Shown here piece after piece: positions 47,463 to 56,584 of a stretch of 64,000 nt of DNA; within the stretch, counting starts at the first letter, position 1, and each line of letters opens with the position of its first letter. Source of the DNA: Candidatus Gottesmanbacteria bacterium (GTDB lineage: Bacteria; Patescibacteriota; Microgenomatia; 2-02-FULL-39-11); contig JACPKY010000002.1 of the NCBI GenBank assembly GCA_016186795.1, forward strand, positions 925,892 through 989,891, written 5' to 3'. The notes under the pieces were generated by a model that was given only the letters and a program-made list of their open reading frames with translations, was not told the DNA's origin and did not search any database. Both the position numbers and the translations under genes were made by a program.

Positions 47463-48449
47463 ATGAATAGTGTTATTCATCCATTCGGAGAGCTTACAGA
47501 ACTCCACGTCCATGTAGGATCAGCAGTTGATCCTCCTATGATGTGGGAGATAGCCCATGATCAGGGGATTAAACTACCCACCAAAAATTACTGGGATTTT
47601 CGAAGTCTCATTACTGTTTCGGATGTTACAACCTACCAAAAATACCTTGATCTTTTCCACTGGACAGAGCTCATTCAATCCTCTCCAGAGGCAATGGAAA
47701 AGAGTATTTACTCGATCGCCTCAGGGGCATATCGAAAAAATAACATCACAACGTTGGAAATCCGTTTCAATCCCATGAAGAGGAATCGGGGTGGAGAACG
47801 AGATCTTGATCACATTATTCTTGCCGCAGTACACGGAATGGAGAAGGCGATGCTCGCTTTTCCCATTCGGGTTGGACTTATTTTTTGCTTCGATCGGACA
47901 TTTTCTCCAAAACTCAACGCGATTTTAGCCCAAAAAGCAATCAAATACGCTAAACGTGGTGTTGTTGGAATTGATTTGGCAGGACCAATTGATGAAAAAT
48001 TTTCTCTTGAGTCGCTCGTTCCATTGGTTTCCGATTGTAAAAACGCAGGACTTGGCGTAACAATTCATACGGGGGAGGCAACTGGAGCAGGAGAGGTAAA
48101 AAGGGTTATTGAACTTCTACAACCCTCTCGTATCGGTCATGGTGTACGATCAATTGAGGATGAAGATGTACTTAGACTTCTTTCTTCGCGTGGAATTACT
48201 CTAGAAGTGTGTCCGACATCCAATATCCATACGGCAGTTGTCAAAGATTTATTTTCCTTCAAAGAAATATTTAGGAAACTTAAGACGTTCAATGTTCCTT
48301 TTACGGTGAATACTGACGGACCTGAGATGCTTGGGACGAACCTTGTTTCTGAATACAATTTGTTACTGAAAGAAGGAATTCTGACAAAGGAGGACTTGCA
48401 TCTCGCATCGAAACAAGCAAAAAAAGCAAGTTTTATTCCCCATGAATGA
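47463..48449 (+). CDS. add: Adenosine deaminase family protein
   Basis: ELHVHVGSAV metal-binding start, HTGEATGAGEV, SRIGHGV, LEVCPTSNIHT. Confidence 0.8.
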   Translation: MNSVIHPFGELTELHVHVGSAVDPPMMWEIAHDQGIKLPTKNYWDFRSLITVSDVTTYQKYLDLFHWTELIQSSPEAMEKSIYSIASGAYRKNNITTLEIRFNPMKRNRGGERDLDHIILAAVHGMEKAMLAFPIRVGLIFCFDRTFSPKLNAILAQKAIKYAKRGVVGIDLAGPIDEKFSLESLVPLVSDCKNAGLGVTIHTGEATGAGEVKRVIELLQPSRIGHGVRSIEDEDVLRLLSSRGITLEVCPTSNIHTAVVKDLFSFKEIFRKLKTFNVPFTVNTDGPEMLGTNLVSEYNLLLKEGILTKEDLHLASKQAKKASFIPHE

Positions 48450-49515
48450 AAATAAAATTGTGCAAAAACCGGGACTCACATTTGACGACGTACTCGTTTT
48501 ACCGAATTTTGCCCAAGTGAAGCGCCAAGATATTGATGTAAAGACACATCTCACCCAAAAGATTTCCCTTTCTATTCCTATTGTTTCTTCTCCGATGGAT
48601 ACCGTAACAACAGCCCTTCTTGCGATTTCTTTGGCAAAACTCGGAGGGATTGGTTTTTTGCATCGAAACTTAACGATTGAGCAGCAAGTCGAAGAAATAA
48701 AAATAGTAAAAGAAGGAAATCATCTGGTCGGTGCAGCTGTGGGCGTTGGGAAAGACCTCGAGGAACGAGTATCAAAACTTGCGGGAGTAAATGTCGACGC
48801 ACTCATTGTCGATAGCGCTCATGGATTTTCAAAATGGGTGATTGATGCTGTTACGTTTATTGCCCAAAAATATCCTCAGATTGAGCTTATTGGAGGCAAC
48901 ATTGCAACGAAGGAAGGAGCAGAAGCACTCATTAAAGCTGGGGCAAACGCATTACGAGTTGGTATGGGGCCTGGATCAATCTGCACAACAAGAGTTATCT
49001 CCGGTATGGGAGTACCCCAAATTACAGCAATTATGGAGGTTTACTCTGTTGCCAAAGAACATAACATCCCAATTATTGCAGATGGTGGTATTCGTTCTTC
49101 CGGGGATATTGTTAAAGCGCTTGCAGCGGGGGCTGACTGCGTCATGCTTGGTTCTCTTCTGGCAGGATCGAATGAAGCACCTGGTGAAAAAGTAACAATT
49201 GAAGGAAAAGAGTATAAACGCTATCGCGGGATGGGCTCAGTTGCGGCGATGGTAGAAGGGGGAGCAGCCCGTTACGGTCAAGAATATATAAAAGGGAAAG
49301 AGAAAAAATTAGTAGCTGAGGGTATTGAAGGTCTTGTCCCGTATAAAGGGAGTCTTGAAGATGTTATTGGTCAACTTGTCGGTGGGCTTCGAACAGGCAT
49401 GTACTATGCGGGAGTAAAAAATATTAAAGAGCTAAAAGAGAAAACACGGTTTCTCAAAATTACCCAGGCATCACTTATAGAAAGTTATCCTCATACTATA
49501 ACTATTAGAAAATAA
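48442..49515 (+). CDS. guaB: IMP dehydrogenase, short CBS-less form
   Basis: Catalytic loop [11 protein letters not shown], long flap YKRYRGMGS...GLVPYKG, C-terminal ESYPH. 357 aa with no CBS pair. Confidence 0.7.
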   Translation: MNENKIVQKPGLTFDDVLVLPNFAQVKRQDIDVKTHLTQKISLSIPIVSSPMDTVTTALLAISLAKLGGIGFLHRNLTIEQQVEEIKIVKEGNHLVGAAVGVGKDLEERVSKLAGVNVDALIVDSAHGFSKWVIDAVTFIAQKYPQIELIGGNIATKEGAEALIKAGANALRVGMGPGSICTTRVISGMGVPQITAIMEVYSVAKEHNIPIIADGGIRSSGDIVKALAAGADCVMLGSLLAGSNEAPGEKVTIEGKEYKRYRGMGSVAAMVEGGAARYGQEYIKGKEKKLVAEGIEGLVPYKGSLEDVIGQLVGGLRTGMYYAGVKNIKELKEKTRFLKITQASLIESYPHTITIRK

Positions 49516-49521
49516 ATAGCT

Positions 49522-50163
49522 ATGGTTACTACTGAGATAAGCCCGGGTGAACCTATAAATCTTTCCAAAGATTTCACAACATCCGGATATTGGGACATTT
49601 TAGAAATTGAAGAATTTATGTTCCGAGGGAAATATGAAAGAATTGGTGCAGATTGTTGGGGAGTGGGAGGTCCATGTGCGCATAGTAAGGGTGGTAAATG
49701 TGGCGAATTTGTGAGTTGTCAAGCGGCAAATAGGGCTATGATAGTAGATGATGCAGACGAAATTATTGCATGCCCATTATTTGTTGATCTGGATGAGTCA
49801 TGGAGAGGAGCGTCTTTGTTTTACGAAAAAGTAAAAAATCTAGATAGATTCCGGAATATAGACGATAAAGATAGCCGACTAAAGCATAGATTGATTGATC
49901 TTGATGGGGAGCCTCTTGAACCTGATGAAGTACTTGAAGCTGAGGATGAAAGATCGACACAGAGATTAGAATGGTATCAACCTTCTAGATTGCAAGATGC
50001 TTTACTCCTAATTGATAGACGAAGGAGAGTCAATATGAGTCGGGTAGGTGATGAGTGGGAAGATCAATCAGAATTTGAATTACCTTCTTCAAAAACAATC
50101 GAAGATCTATCATCTAGGCAGAGAGAGATTTTAATAGACTTTCGTAGAGAACATAACTTATGA
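49522..50163 (+). CDS. Hypothetical Cys-rich acidic protein inserted between guaB and guaA
   Basis: CWGVGGPCAHSKGGKCGEFVSC cluster. Stop overlaps the guaA start (ATGA). Confidence 0.45.
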   Translation: MVTTEISPGEPINLSKDFTTSGYWDILEIEEFMFRGKYERIGADCWGVGGPCAHSKGGKCGEFVSCQAANRAMIVDDADEIIACPLFVDLDESWRGASLFYEKVKNLDRFRNIDDKDSRLKHRLIDLDGEPLEPDEVLEAEDERSTQRLEWYQPSRLQDALLLIDRRRRVNMSRVGDEWEDQSEFELPSSKTIEDLSSRQREILIDFRREHNL

Positions 50164-51677
50164 TTCTAATTATTGATTTTGGTTCACAAACTACTCATCT
50201 TATTAGCCGGCGGATAAAAGATTTAGGGGTAAAAACTCACATCGTCTTACCAAATCAAGCGGTTTCTGCTATAAAGCAATACCAACCTAAAGGCATCATA
50301 CTTTCCGGAGGCCCTTCCTCTGTCTATGGGAAAGATGCCCTCCTCGTCGACAAAAAAATTTTTGATGAAAATATCCCCATTTTAGGTATTTGCTATGGTC
50401 ATGAAGTACTTGCTCATCTTTTAGGCGGAAAGGTTGAAACAGGAGTTAGAAAAGAATATGGTCCGGAAACACTCACGATCACCAAAGATACGAGTTTATT
50501 CAAAGGGCTCAATAGGCAAGAGCTTGTCTGGAATAGTCATTTCGACCGAGTCGTAGCTCCTCCAAGTGGAGCTCAAATAACTGGTTTTACTCCATCAGTT
50601 TCTGTTGCTGCATTTGCCGATGAGGAAAAGAGACTATATGGGACGATGTTTCATCCAGAATCCCACCACACTACATCCGGCAATAAAATTCTTTCTAACT
50701 TTCTTATTGATATATGTGGTGAAATACCAACAGATCAGAAAATTAATAGAGAAGAGATTGTAGGTAGTATTAAAGAAACAATTAGAGACGATTTGGCAGT
50801 TTGTGCGCTATCGGGAGGAATAGATTCGGCTGTTGCGGCAGTTCTTACCTACAAAGCTATTGGGGATAAACTTACTTGTCTTTACGTTGATACGGGTATG
50901 ATGAGACTGGATGAAACAGAGCAAATTATTGGAATGTTTAAGAAAAATTTCCAATTAAACCTGGAAGTATTGCGGGCCGAAAAAGAATTCCTGGAAGCTC
51001 TAAAAGGAATAATTGATCCTGAGGAAAAAAGGAAAACGGTCGGGCGTGTTTTTATAGAGGTTTTTGAAAGAGAAGCCAAAAAACTCGGGGCCACATTTCT
51101 CATTCAGGGAACTATTTATCCTGACGTTATTGAAAGCAAAGGTAGCCAGCATGCACAAAATATCAAATCACACCACAATGTCGGAGGGCTGCCGAAGAAA
51201 CACGGGTTCAAAATTGTTGAACCATTGAGAAATTTATATAAAGATGAGGTTCGAGAGCTGGCAAAAGAGCTTGGATTTCCTCATGAGCTTATCTGGCGTC
51301 ATGTTTTCCCAGGACCAGGTCTTGCGGTGAGGATCATCGGCGAAGTTACCAAAGAAAAATTAGATATTTTACGCAAAGCCGACGCTATCATTGTTGAAGA
51401 ACTCAAAAAGGCTGGACTCTATGAAAAAATCTGGATGGGGTTTGCTATCTTTGCGGGAATTAAAACGACCGGAGTTGCGGGAGATGAGAGAAAGTATGGG
51501 GAGACTATTGCACTTCGAGTCATCGAATCCAAAGATACCATGTCGGCAGATTGGGTCCGACTTCCATATGATCTACTCGATAAAATCTCTCATCGAATTG
51601 TGACAGAGGTGTATGAAGTTGTCCGAGTAGTGTATGACATCACCACCAAACCTCCTGCAACCATGGAGTGGGAATAA
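50160..51677 (+). CDS. guaA: GMP synthase (glutamine-hydrolysing)
   Basis: Glutamine amidotransferase GICYGHE, ATP-pyrophosphatase SGGIDSAV, dimerisation domain. 505 aa. Confidence 0.9.
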   Translation: MILIIDFGSQTTHLISRRIKDLGVKTHIVLPNQAVSAIKQYQPKGIILSGGPSSVYGKDALLVDKKIFDENIPILGICYGHEVLAHLLGGKVETGVRKEYGPETLTITKDTSLFKGLNRQELVWNSHFDRVVAPPSGAQITGFTPSVSVAAFADEEKRLYGTMFHPESHHTTSGNKILSNFLIDICGEIPTDQKINREEIVGSIKETIRDDLAVCALSGGIDSAVAAVLTYKAIGDKLTCLYVDTGMMRLDETEQIIGMFKKNFQLNLEVLRAEKEFLEALKGIIDPEEKRKTVGRVFIEVFEREAKKLGATFLIQGTIYPDVIESKGSQHAQNIKSHHNVGGLPKKHGFKIVEPLRNLYKDEVRELAKELGFPHELIWRHVFPGPGLAVRIIGEVTKEKLDILRKADAIIVEELKKAGLYEKIWMGFAIFAGIKTTGVAGDERKYGETIALRVIESKDTMSADWVRLPYDLLDKISHRIVTEVYEVVRVVYDITTKPPATMEWE

Positions 51678-51725
51678 TTTGACAAAGAGGTAGTCCACTG
51701 GCAGAATAAGAAGTCCTTTCACTTT

Positions 51726-53789
51726 ATGGGAAAATTAAAGCCTACTTTGGGAAAGGAATCGCTCCACCTTCTCCGGACATTCTTTTCTATCCTTGGTTTT
51801 GTCCTTTTTTTCAATCTCTTTCTCTTTCATGCCTTTGCGGGAGTTTCATTCTCTTTTTTCTTCTTGGGATTTTTCCTATTTAGTTCCGTTGTTTTTCTTG
51901 ATGCAGTAAAGAAAGAGTTTCCCAGCAAGATAGTTGCAGGGGTACTCCTTCCCCTTGTTGTATTTTCCGTTTTGATGAATCTTCGAGCAAATGAATTTGT
52001 AAAGTTCCTACTTGGAGTGGGCATTGTGGGGATAAACGGAATGTATCTATATGGGATAAGTAGAAGTTTATCCTTTTTCCGAAGTCTTTCTGAAGCTCTT
52101 TTTTCACCAATTATACTTGCGAAAGATTATGCTATTGCGGTAGTGAAGTTGGTAATCGATGTATTAACCCCCAACTCAATGCTGTGGAGCATTTTTGCTC
52201 TTGGGAAAAAGAAAAATTTTTCGCGTTTGATTCCTTGGGGAATGGGAATTATCATTGCTGTTCCCATTTTTTTCATCCTCGTTTCCATGTTTTCATCAGC
52301 AGATCCTATTTTTTCCTCTTATGTTACCAATCTTGAAAAGTTTTTGGGAAAGTTTTTCCAAGGTGCATTCTGGCAGCGTCTATTTGCTCGTCTTATTCTT
52401 TCCGCAATTTTTGCTGCCTTTATACTTCCCTTTCTATATTTAACAGGGAGGAAAACATTTTCACCACCAGTGTCGTTTCTCTCAAGATTTTCTCTTGTAC
52501 CGCAGGCAACGGTTGTGATGGCGTTTGTATCGGTAGCCCTTGGAGTATTTCTCCTTATCCAGTGGCCGTATGTATTTATCTCTGTTCCTTTTGAGACGGA
52601 TCTTTCTCGATTTGGTGTGGCAACATATTCAGAGTACGTCAAAAAAGGATTTGGTGAGCTATTAAACGTCTCTATACTTATCTATATTTTGATTTGGATT
52701 GGGCTCATTATACGGCGCCAAACACAGAATACCGGAAGATCACTTCTTGCAATCTTGCAGCTTTTCCTCTTGGGTGAATATCTGCTATTTCTTTTTTCGA
52801 TTGCGCGCAGGATTTTTCTTTATCAAGAGTATCACGGTTGGAGTTTGGGGAGAGTCTACGGAGGATTTCTCCTTTTATGGATAATGCTTATGGCGGTCAC
52901 ACTTGCTCTTCGGCATATGTGGGTGAAAAGATGGGTGATAGTTGAAGTTACTGGATCAATTCTTATTATCATTGTCCTTGGCCTTTTTAATGCAGAACAG
53001 TTTCTTGCAACCGTACACCCTCCAACAGTCAATAAACGTGTTGATTACGTTTACCTCTCTCGACTTTCTGCCGATGGGGTAGAAGGGTGGAAGAAGGCAT
53101 TCGATCATGCAAGAGAGGTTCTCCAAAATTCATCGTATGATAATACAATTCTAATTGACAAAGAGAATAGAAGACAGATCGTCTACGCTGGTATTATTCT
53201 TCATGCCATTTCTCGGAATTACTCACTACTTATTGAAAAATTTGGTTCAGAGAATGACAAGCAGGCGTATTATAGATCACTTCTGAAGATGCTTGAAGAG
53301 CAAAATTCACTAGCAAGAGCAAGCGTTACCCCAATACGTAATCCTGTATCGATGTATCGGAACAATCGACCCCGAGATGAACTTATACGAGTACAACAAC
53401 GTATCGAAGAAGAAAAAGAGAGGGTTAGTAAAAATGATTTCTCCGGAGAATTCCTCTCCACGATTTATATTCCATCGTGGCCCCCCTATATTACATTTGA
53501 TTCACCGAATGAACAGATTATATTTTATGATTATTTTCTTCCTGATCCTTCATATACTCAATCTCTTCACGAAAGTCGAAAGCGAGATATCGTTGATCAA
53601 CTTTTTACATGGAATTATTCAGAGGTACGTGCATTCGGTGAACTGAAGGATCAATTTAGCCCGCAAGAACTTATTGACGTGCAGAAACTATTTCTAACAC
53701 TCTATCAAAAAATATATTGGCAAACGAGTGAAGAAAAGGCTTATGATAACGATATTTCATTCGACACACCGTTTCTTGAGTCACTTTAA
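51726..53789 (+). CDS. Polytopic membrane protein with large cytoplasmic C-terminal domain, hypothetical
   Basis: More than 10 hydrophobic helices in the first 400 aa. Confidence 0.45.
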   Translation: MGKLKPTLGKESLHLLRTFFSILGFVLFFNLFLFHAFAGVSFSFFFLGFFLFSSVVFLDAVKKEFPSKIVAGVLLPLVVFSVLMNLRANEFVKFLLGVGIVGINGMYLYGISRSLSFFRSLSEALFSPIILAKDYAIAVVKLVIDVLTPNSMLWSIFALGKKKNFSRLIPWGMGIIIAVPIFFILVSMFSSADPIFSSYVTNLEKFLGKFFQGAFWQRLFARLILSAIFAAFILPFLYLTGRKTFSPPVSFLSRFSLVPQATVVMAFVSVALGVFLLIQWPYVFISVPFETDLSRFGVATYSEYVKKGFGELLNVSILIYILIWIGLIIRRQTQNTGRSLLAILQLFLLGEYLLFLFSIARRIFLYQEYHGWSLGRVYGGFLLLWIMLMAVTLALRHMWVKRWVIVEVTGSILIIIVLGLFNAEQFLATVHPPTVNKRVDYVYLSRLSADGVEGWKKAFDHAREVLQNSSYDNTILIDKENRRQIVYAGIILHAISRNYSLLIEKFGSENDKQAYYRSLLKMLEEQNSLARASVTPIRNPVSMYRNNRPRDELIRVQQRIEEEKERVSKNDFSGEFLSTIYIPSWPPYITFDSPNEQIIFYDYFLPDPSYTQSLHESRKRDIVDQLFTWNYSEVRAFGELKDQFSPQELIDVQKLFLTLYQKIYWQTSEEKAYDNDISFDTPFLESL

Positions 53790-53849
53790 AAATCCTTCTT
53801 GACAGACTATTTTTAAACTTATACTATTTGGGTATCAGTTTGGTTTTTT

Positions 53850-54677
53850 ATGCTCCCTTCATTTCTTATTACATTTCGAGAAGTAATCGAAGCATCACTC
53901 ATCGTTGCAACGATTTTAGGTATTCTCGTCCGGCTCAATCAAAAAAAGGAAATAAAAACGGTGTGGTGGGCAACAGCCACTGCAGCACTCGTGAGCGTTT
54001 TCTTTTTGGGGATTGGTAGTCTTTTGGGACTTAAAATTCAAGAAATATATTCAGGAAAAACAGAAGAGTTCGTAGAGGGGATTCTTATGGTGACTTCAGC
54101 TGTATTTATAACCTGGGCTGTATTTTTCCTCCACAACTATTTTGGACGGTATAAAACAAAACTTCTCCAAAAAATTAAATCGACCGTCGAGAAAGAAGAA
54201 CAAAAAGGGCTTTTTGTACTCGTCTTTACAGCGGTTTTTCGAGAAGGTTTTGAGATAGTGCTATTTCTTTCAACGATTTTTCTCTCGACAGATCCGCAGC
54301 ATATTTTTACAGGTTTTGTGGGTGGTGTTTTCGGAGCACTTCTTATTTCCCTGGGTCTTTTTACCGCAACTCTTCGATTACCCGTCTTTTACGCATTCCG
54401 AATAACAAGTATTCTCCTCATCCTTTTTGCCGCAGGACTTCTTGCTCGAGGTATCCATGAATTTGCAGAGGTGGGGTTACTTCCTGAGATTGGCAAAATG
54501 ACGTTTGCGTTTATGCCTCCCAAGGAGACATTTGTCGGAGATATGATAAAGGCAGTATTTGGCATTACTCAGAAAATGGATGTACTGCAACTGTCAATCT
54601 ATACGACATACGTTTCATTCATGAGTTGGTACGTGTTTCTCCGAAAATCACCGCAAACCCATAATGCTACATCTTGA
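53850..54677 (+). CDS. FTR1-family high-affinity iron permease
   Basis: Two REXXE motifs (REVIE, REGFE) in TM helices, seven-helix layout. Confidence 0.7.
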   Translation: MLPSFLITFREVIEASLIVATILGILVRLNQKKEIKTVWWATATAALVSVFFLGIGSLLGLKIQEIYSGKTEEFVEGILMVTSAVFITWAVFFLHNYFGRYKTKLLQKIKSTVEKEEQKGLFVLVFTAVFREGFEIVLFLSTIFLSTDPQHIFTGFVGGVFGALLISLGLFTATLRLPVFYAFRITSILLILFAAGLLARGIHEFAEVGLLPEIGKMTFAFMPPKETFVGDMIKAVFGITQKMDVLQLSIYTTYVSFMSWYVFLRKSPQTHNATS

Positions 54678-54686
54678 CAATCTTCG

Positions 54687-55247
54687 ATGAGACTTTTTGT
54701 CGCATTGGATATTCCGGAAGATATTAAAGAAGCACTCTTTGCCTTCACCATCAAGACTTTTTCCCATGTATCCTCGTTTGTACCAACCAGGAGAGAAAAT
54801 CTCCACATAACACTTAAATTTATAGGAGATCTTGATGTTCCAAAGCGAAAGGAAAAAGAGATACTTTCCGATATTTCCAAAAGGATTGTACGGGGATGTA
54901 AAGATATTGGACCATTTCCAGTAATACTTGGACACATTGAATATTTTAAGCAACGAAAGTTTACAGTGTATTCTCGGGTTGATTCCCCACTTGTTTTACC
55001 TCGGCTTATTCGACAGTTGCGGCGGCAATTTCTTGGGGTAGGGAAAAAAGACTCACAGAGAATTTTTCCGCATGTAACAATAGGGAGATGTAGTGAACGT
55101 GGAGAGATTGGTATTGAAGAAAAAATTCGTACGGTGAAGATAGAGAGAATCGGTTTTCTTGCTAGCACAATTGTGTTGTACGAAAGCGTACTTGCGTCCT
55201 CAGGGCCTTCGTATTTTCCCAAGATAACATTTGCGTTGCCTTTTTGA
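54687..55247 (+). CDS. thpR: RNA 2',3'-cyclic phosphodiesterase (2H phosphoesterase, ThpR/LigT)
   Basis: Two HxTx motifs, HITLKF and HVTIGR, at the expected spacing. Confidence 0.7.
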   Translation: MRLFVALDIPEDIKEALFAFTIKTFSHVSSFVPTRRENLHITLKFIGDLDVPKRKEKEILSDISKRIVRGCKDIGPFPVILGHIEYFKQRKFTVYSRVDSPLVLPRLIRQLRRQFLGVGKKDSQRIFPHVTIGRCSERGEIGIEEKIRTVKIERIGFLASTIVLYESVLASSGPSYFPKITFALPF

Positions 55248-55271
55248 TGGGTATAGAATAGACAGACCGAA

Positions 55272-55835
55272 ATGAGACGTATTGTTGCAATGGTCGTTAT
55301 TCCTCCTCTTCTGTTTCTTATCGGCGTGAAATCTCTCTCTGCCCAAGAACTACACGGACAAGCAGCAATTCCCACACCAACGCCGCAACGGGAAGAAATC
55401 CATTATATACTTCCATATCCTGGTATGCTTCCAGACAATCCACTCTATCCAATCAAAATTGTTCGCGATAGGTTATTGCTTTTTTTTACCAGAGATCCAC
55501 TTCGACGCATTGCGCTTGAAATTCACTTGAGTGATAAGTATCTTGTGATGGGAAAATCACTGGGAGATCGCCAGATGTATGATTTTGCGATTTCGACATT
55601 TTTCAAAGGGGAAATGTATCTTTCCAGTGCTGTAAAATCGTATGAAAAACTAAAACAGAATAATAATGCTCCTCCAGGACTTATTGAAAATTTGGAAACT
55701 GCGACAAAAAAACATGAGCAGGTGTTAGAAGATTTTATGTTCTCCATAACGAACCAGACGAAGAAAGATAGCCTTGAAGGTATTCTCAATAGTACCCGTG
55801 AGACAAAAGAGAAAATTATATCTTTGAAGGAATAA
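55272..55835 (+). CDS. Secreted DUF5667-like protein
   Basis: Signal peptide, then LPYPGMLPDNPLYPIKIVRD resembling the DUF5667 N-terminal motif. Confidence 0.4.
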   Translation: MRRIVAMVVIPPLLFLIGVKSLSAQELHGQAAIPTPTPQREEIHYILPYPGMLPDNPLYPIKIVRDRLLLFFTRDPLRRIALEIHLSDKYLVMGKSLGDRQMYDFAISTFFKGEMYLSSAVKSYEKLKQNNNAPPGLIENLETATKKHEQVLEDFMFSITNQTKKDSLEGILNSTRETKEKIISLKE

Positions 55836-56020
55836 TATCCAAAACTGGATACAATTAGTTCCCATCTGTTTTCACACGTACTCAAGTGTTTCCTCTTACT
55901 ATAATTATCTTGAAAAAAGTTATATCTTTTTTTGCATTTGAGGCTAGTTGCAAAAGTGCTATGAAGTGATATACTTTGTTCTCTTGACAGGGTGTATGTA
56001 GGGTCTTACTATGATTGAGG

Positions 56021-56036
56021 ACACTATAGATAGAGT
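56021..56036. promoter_or_regulatory. Candidate NrdR box ACACTATAGATAGAGT, 60 bp upstream of nrdR
   Basis: 14 of 16 match to the approximate consensus ACACwAwATwTwGTGT. A weaker ACAC...GTGT 16-mer at 55874-55889. Confidence 0.3.
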
Positions 56037-56096
56037 AACAAGAGTTTCACGCTAAGGCGTGTTTTTTATGGCCAAATTACTTTCCTAAATGACGGT

Positions 56097-56543
56097 ATGA
56101 AGTGTCCTTACTGTACAGGAGCTGAGACAGAGGTTATTGAAACCCGAGATAGTGATGATCTGGGTACAACAAGGCGGAGACGTGAGTGTGCCAGTTGTTC
56201 GAAGCGATTTACAACATACGAAAGGGTTGAGACGGTGCCAATCATCGTCATGAAGAAGGATGGGAGGAAAGAGCAGTTTGATCGTGACAAGTTAAAACAT
56301 GGGGTTTTGAAAGCGTGTGAAAAAACAGTTGTTGGCATTGAAGATATCGATCGAATTGTGGATGAGGTAGAGCGGGAACTTCGAGGTTTTGACAGTGTTG
56401 AAGTGGATAGTAAAAAAATCGGACAGATGGTTGCAATGCGACTTAAGAAAATTGACAAGATTGCCTATATCCGTTTTGCGTCAGTTTTCCGGCGTTTCGT
56501 CGACCTTGAAGATTTTGAGAAGGAGTTACAGAAATTGTTATAA
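56097..56543 (+). CDS. nrdR: Transcriptional repressor NrdR
   Basis: MKCPYCTGAETEVIETRDS...RRRECASCSKRFTTYE zinc ribbon plus ATP-cone. 148 aa. Confidence 0.9.
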   Translation: MKCPYCTGAETEVIETRDSDDLGTTRRRRECASCSKRFTTYERVETVPIIVMKKDGRKEQFDRDKLKHGVLKACEKTVVGIEDIDRIVDEVERELRGFDSVEVDSKKIGQMVAMRLKKIDKIAYIRFASVFRRFVDLEDFEKELQKLL

Positions 56544-56584
56544 CAATTATAAACGTTAAAATTTTTATAAAATAAAAAAATAGT

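Noticed and set aside
54599-55375. 258-aa minus-strand ORF antisense to thpR/ligT and the DUF5667-like gene
   Set aside because: Overlaps two motif-supported plus-strand genes. Cys/Arg-rich nonsense translation.
55860-56096. Cobalamin riboswitch upstream of nrdR-nrdJ
   Set aside because: Searched for the conserved B12-box (GCCACTG-like core) and found none. Left only as a generic long leader.
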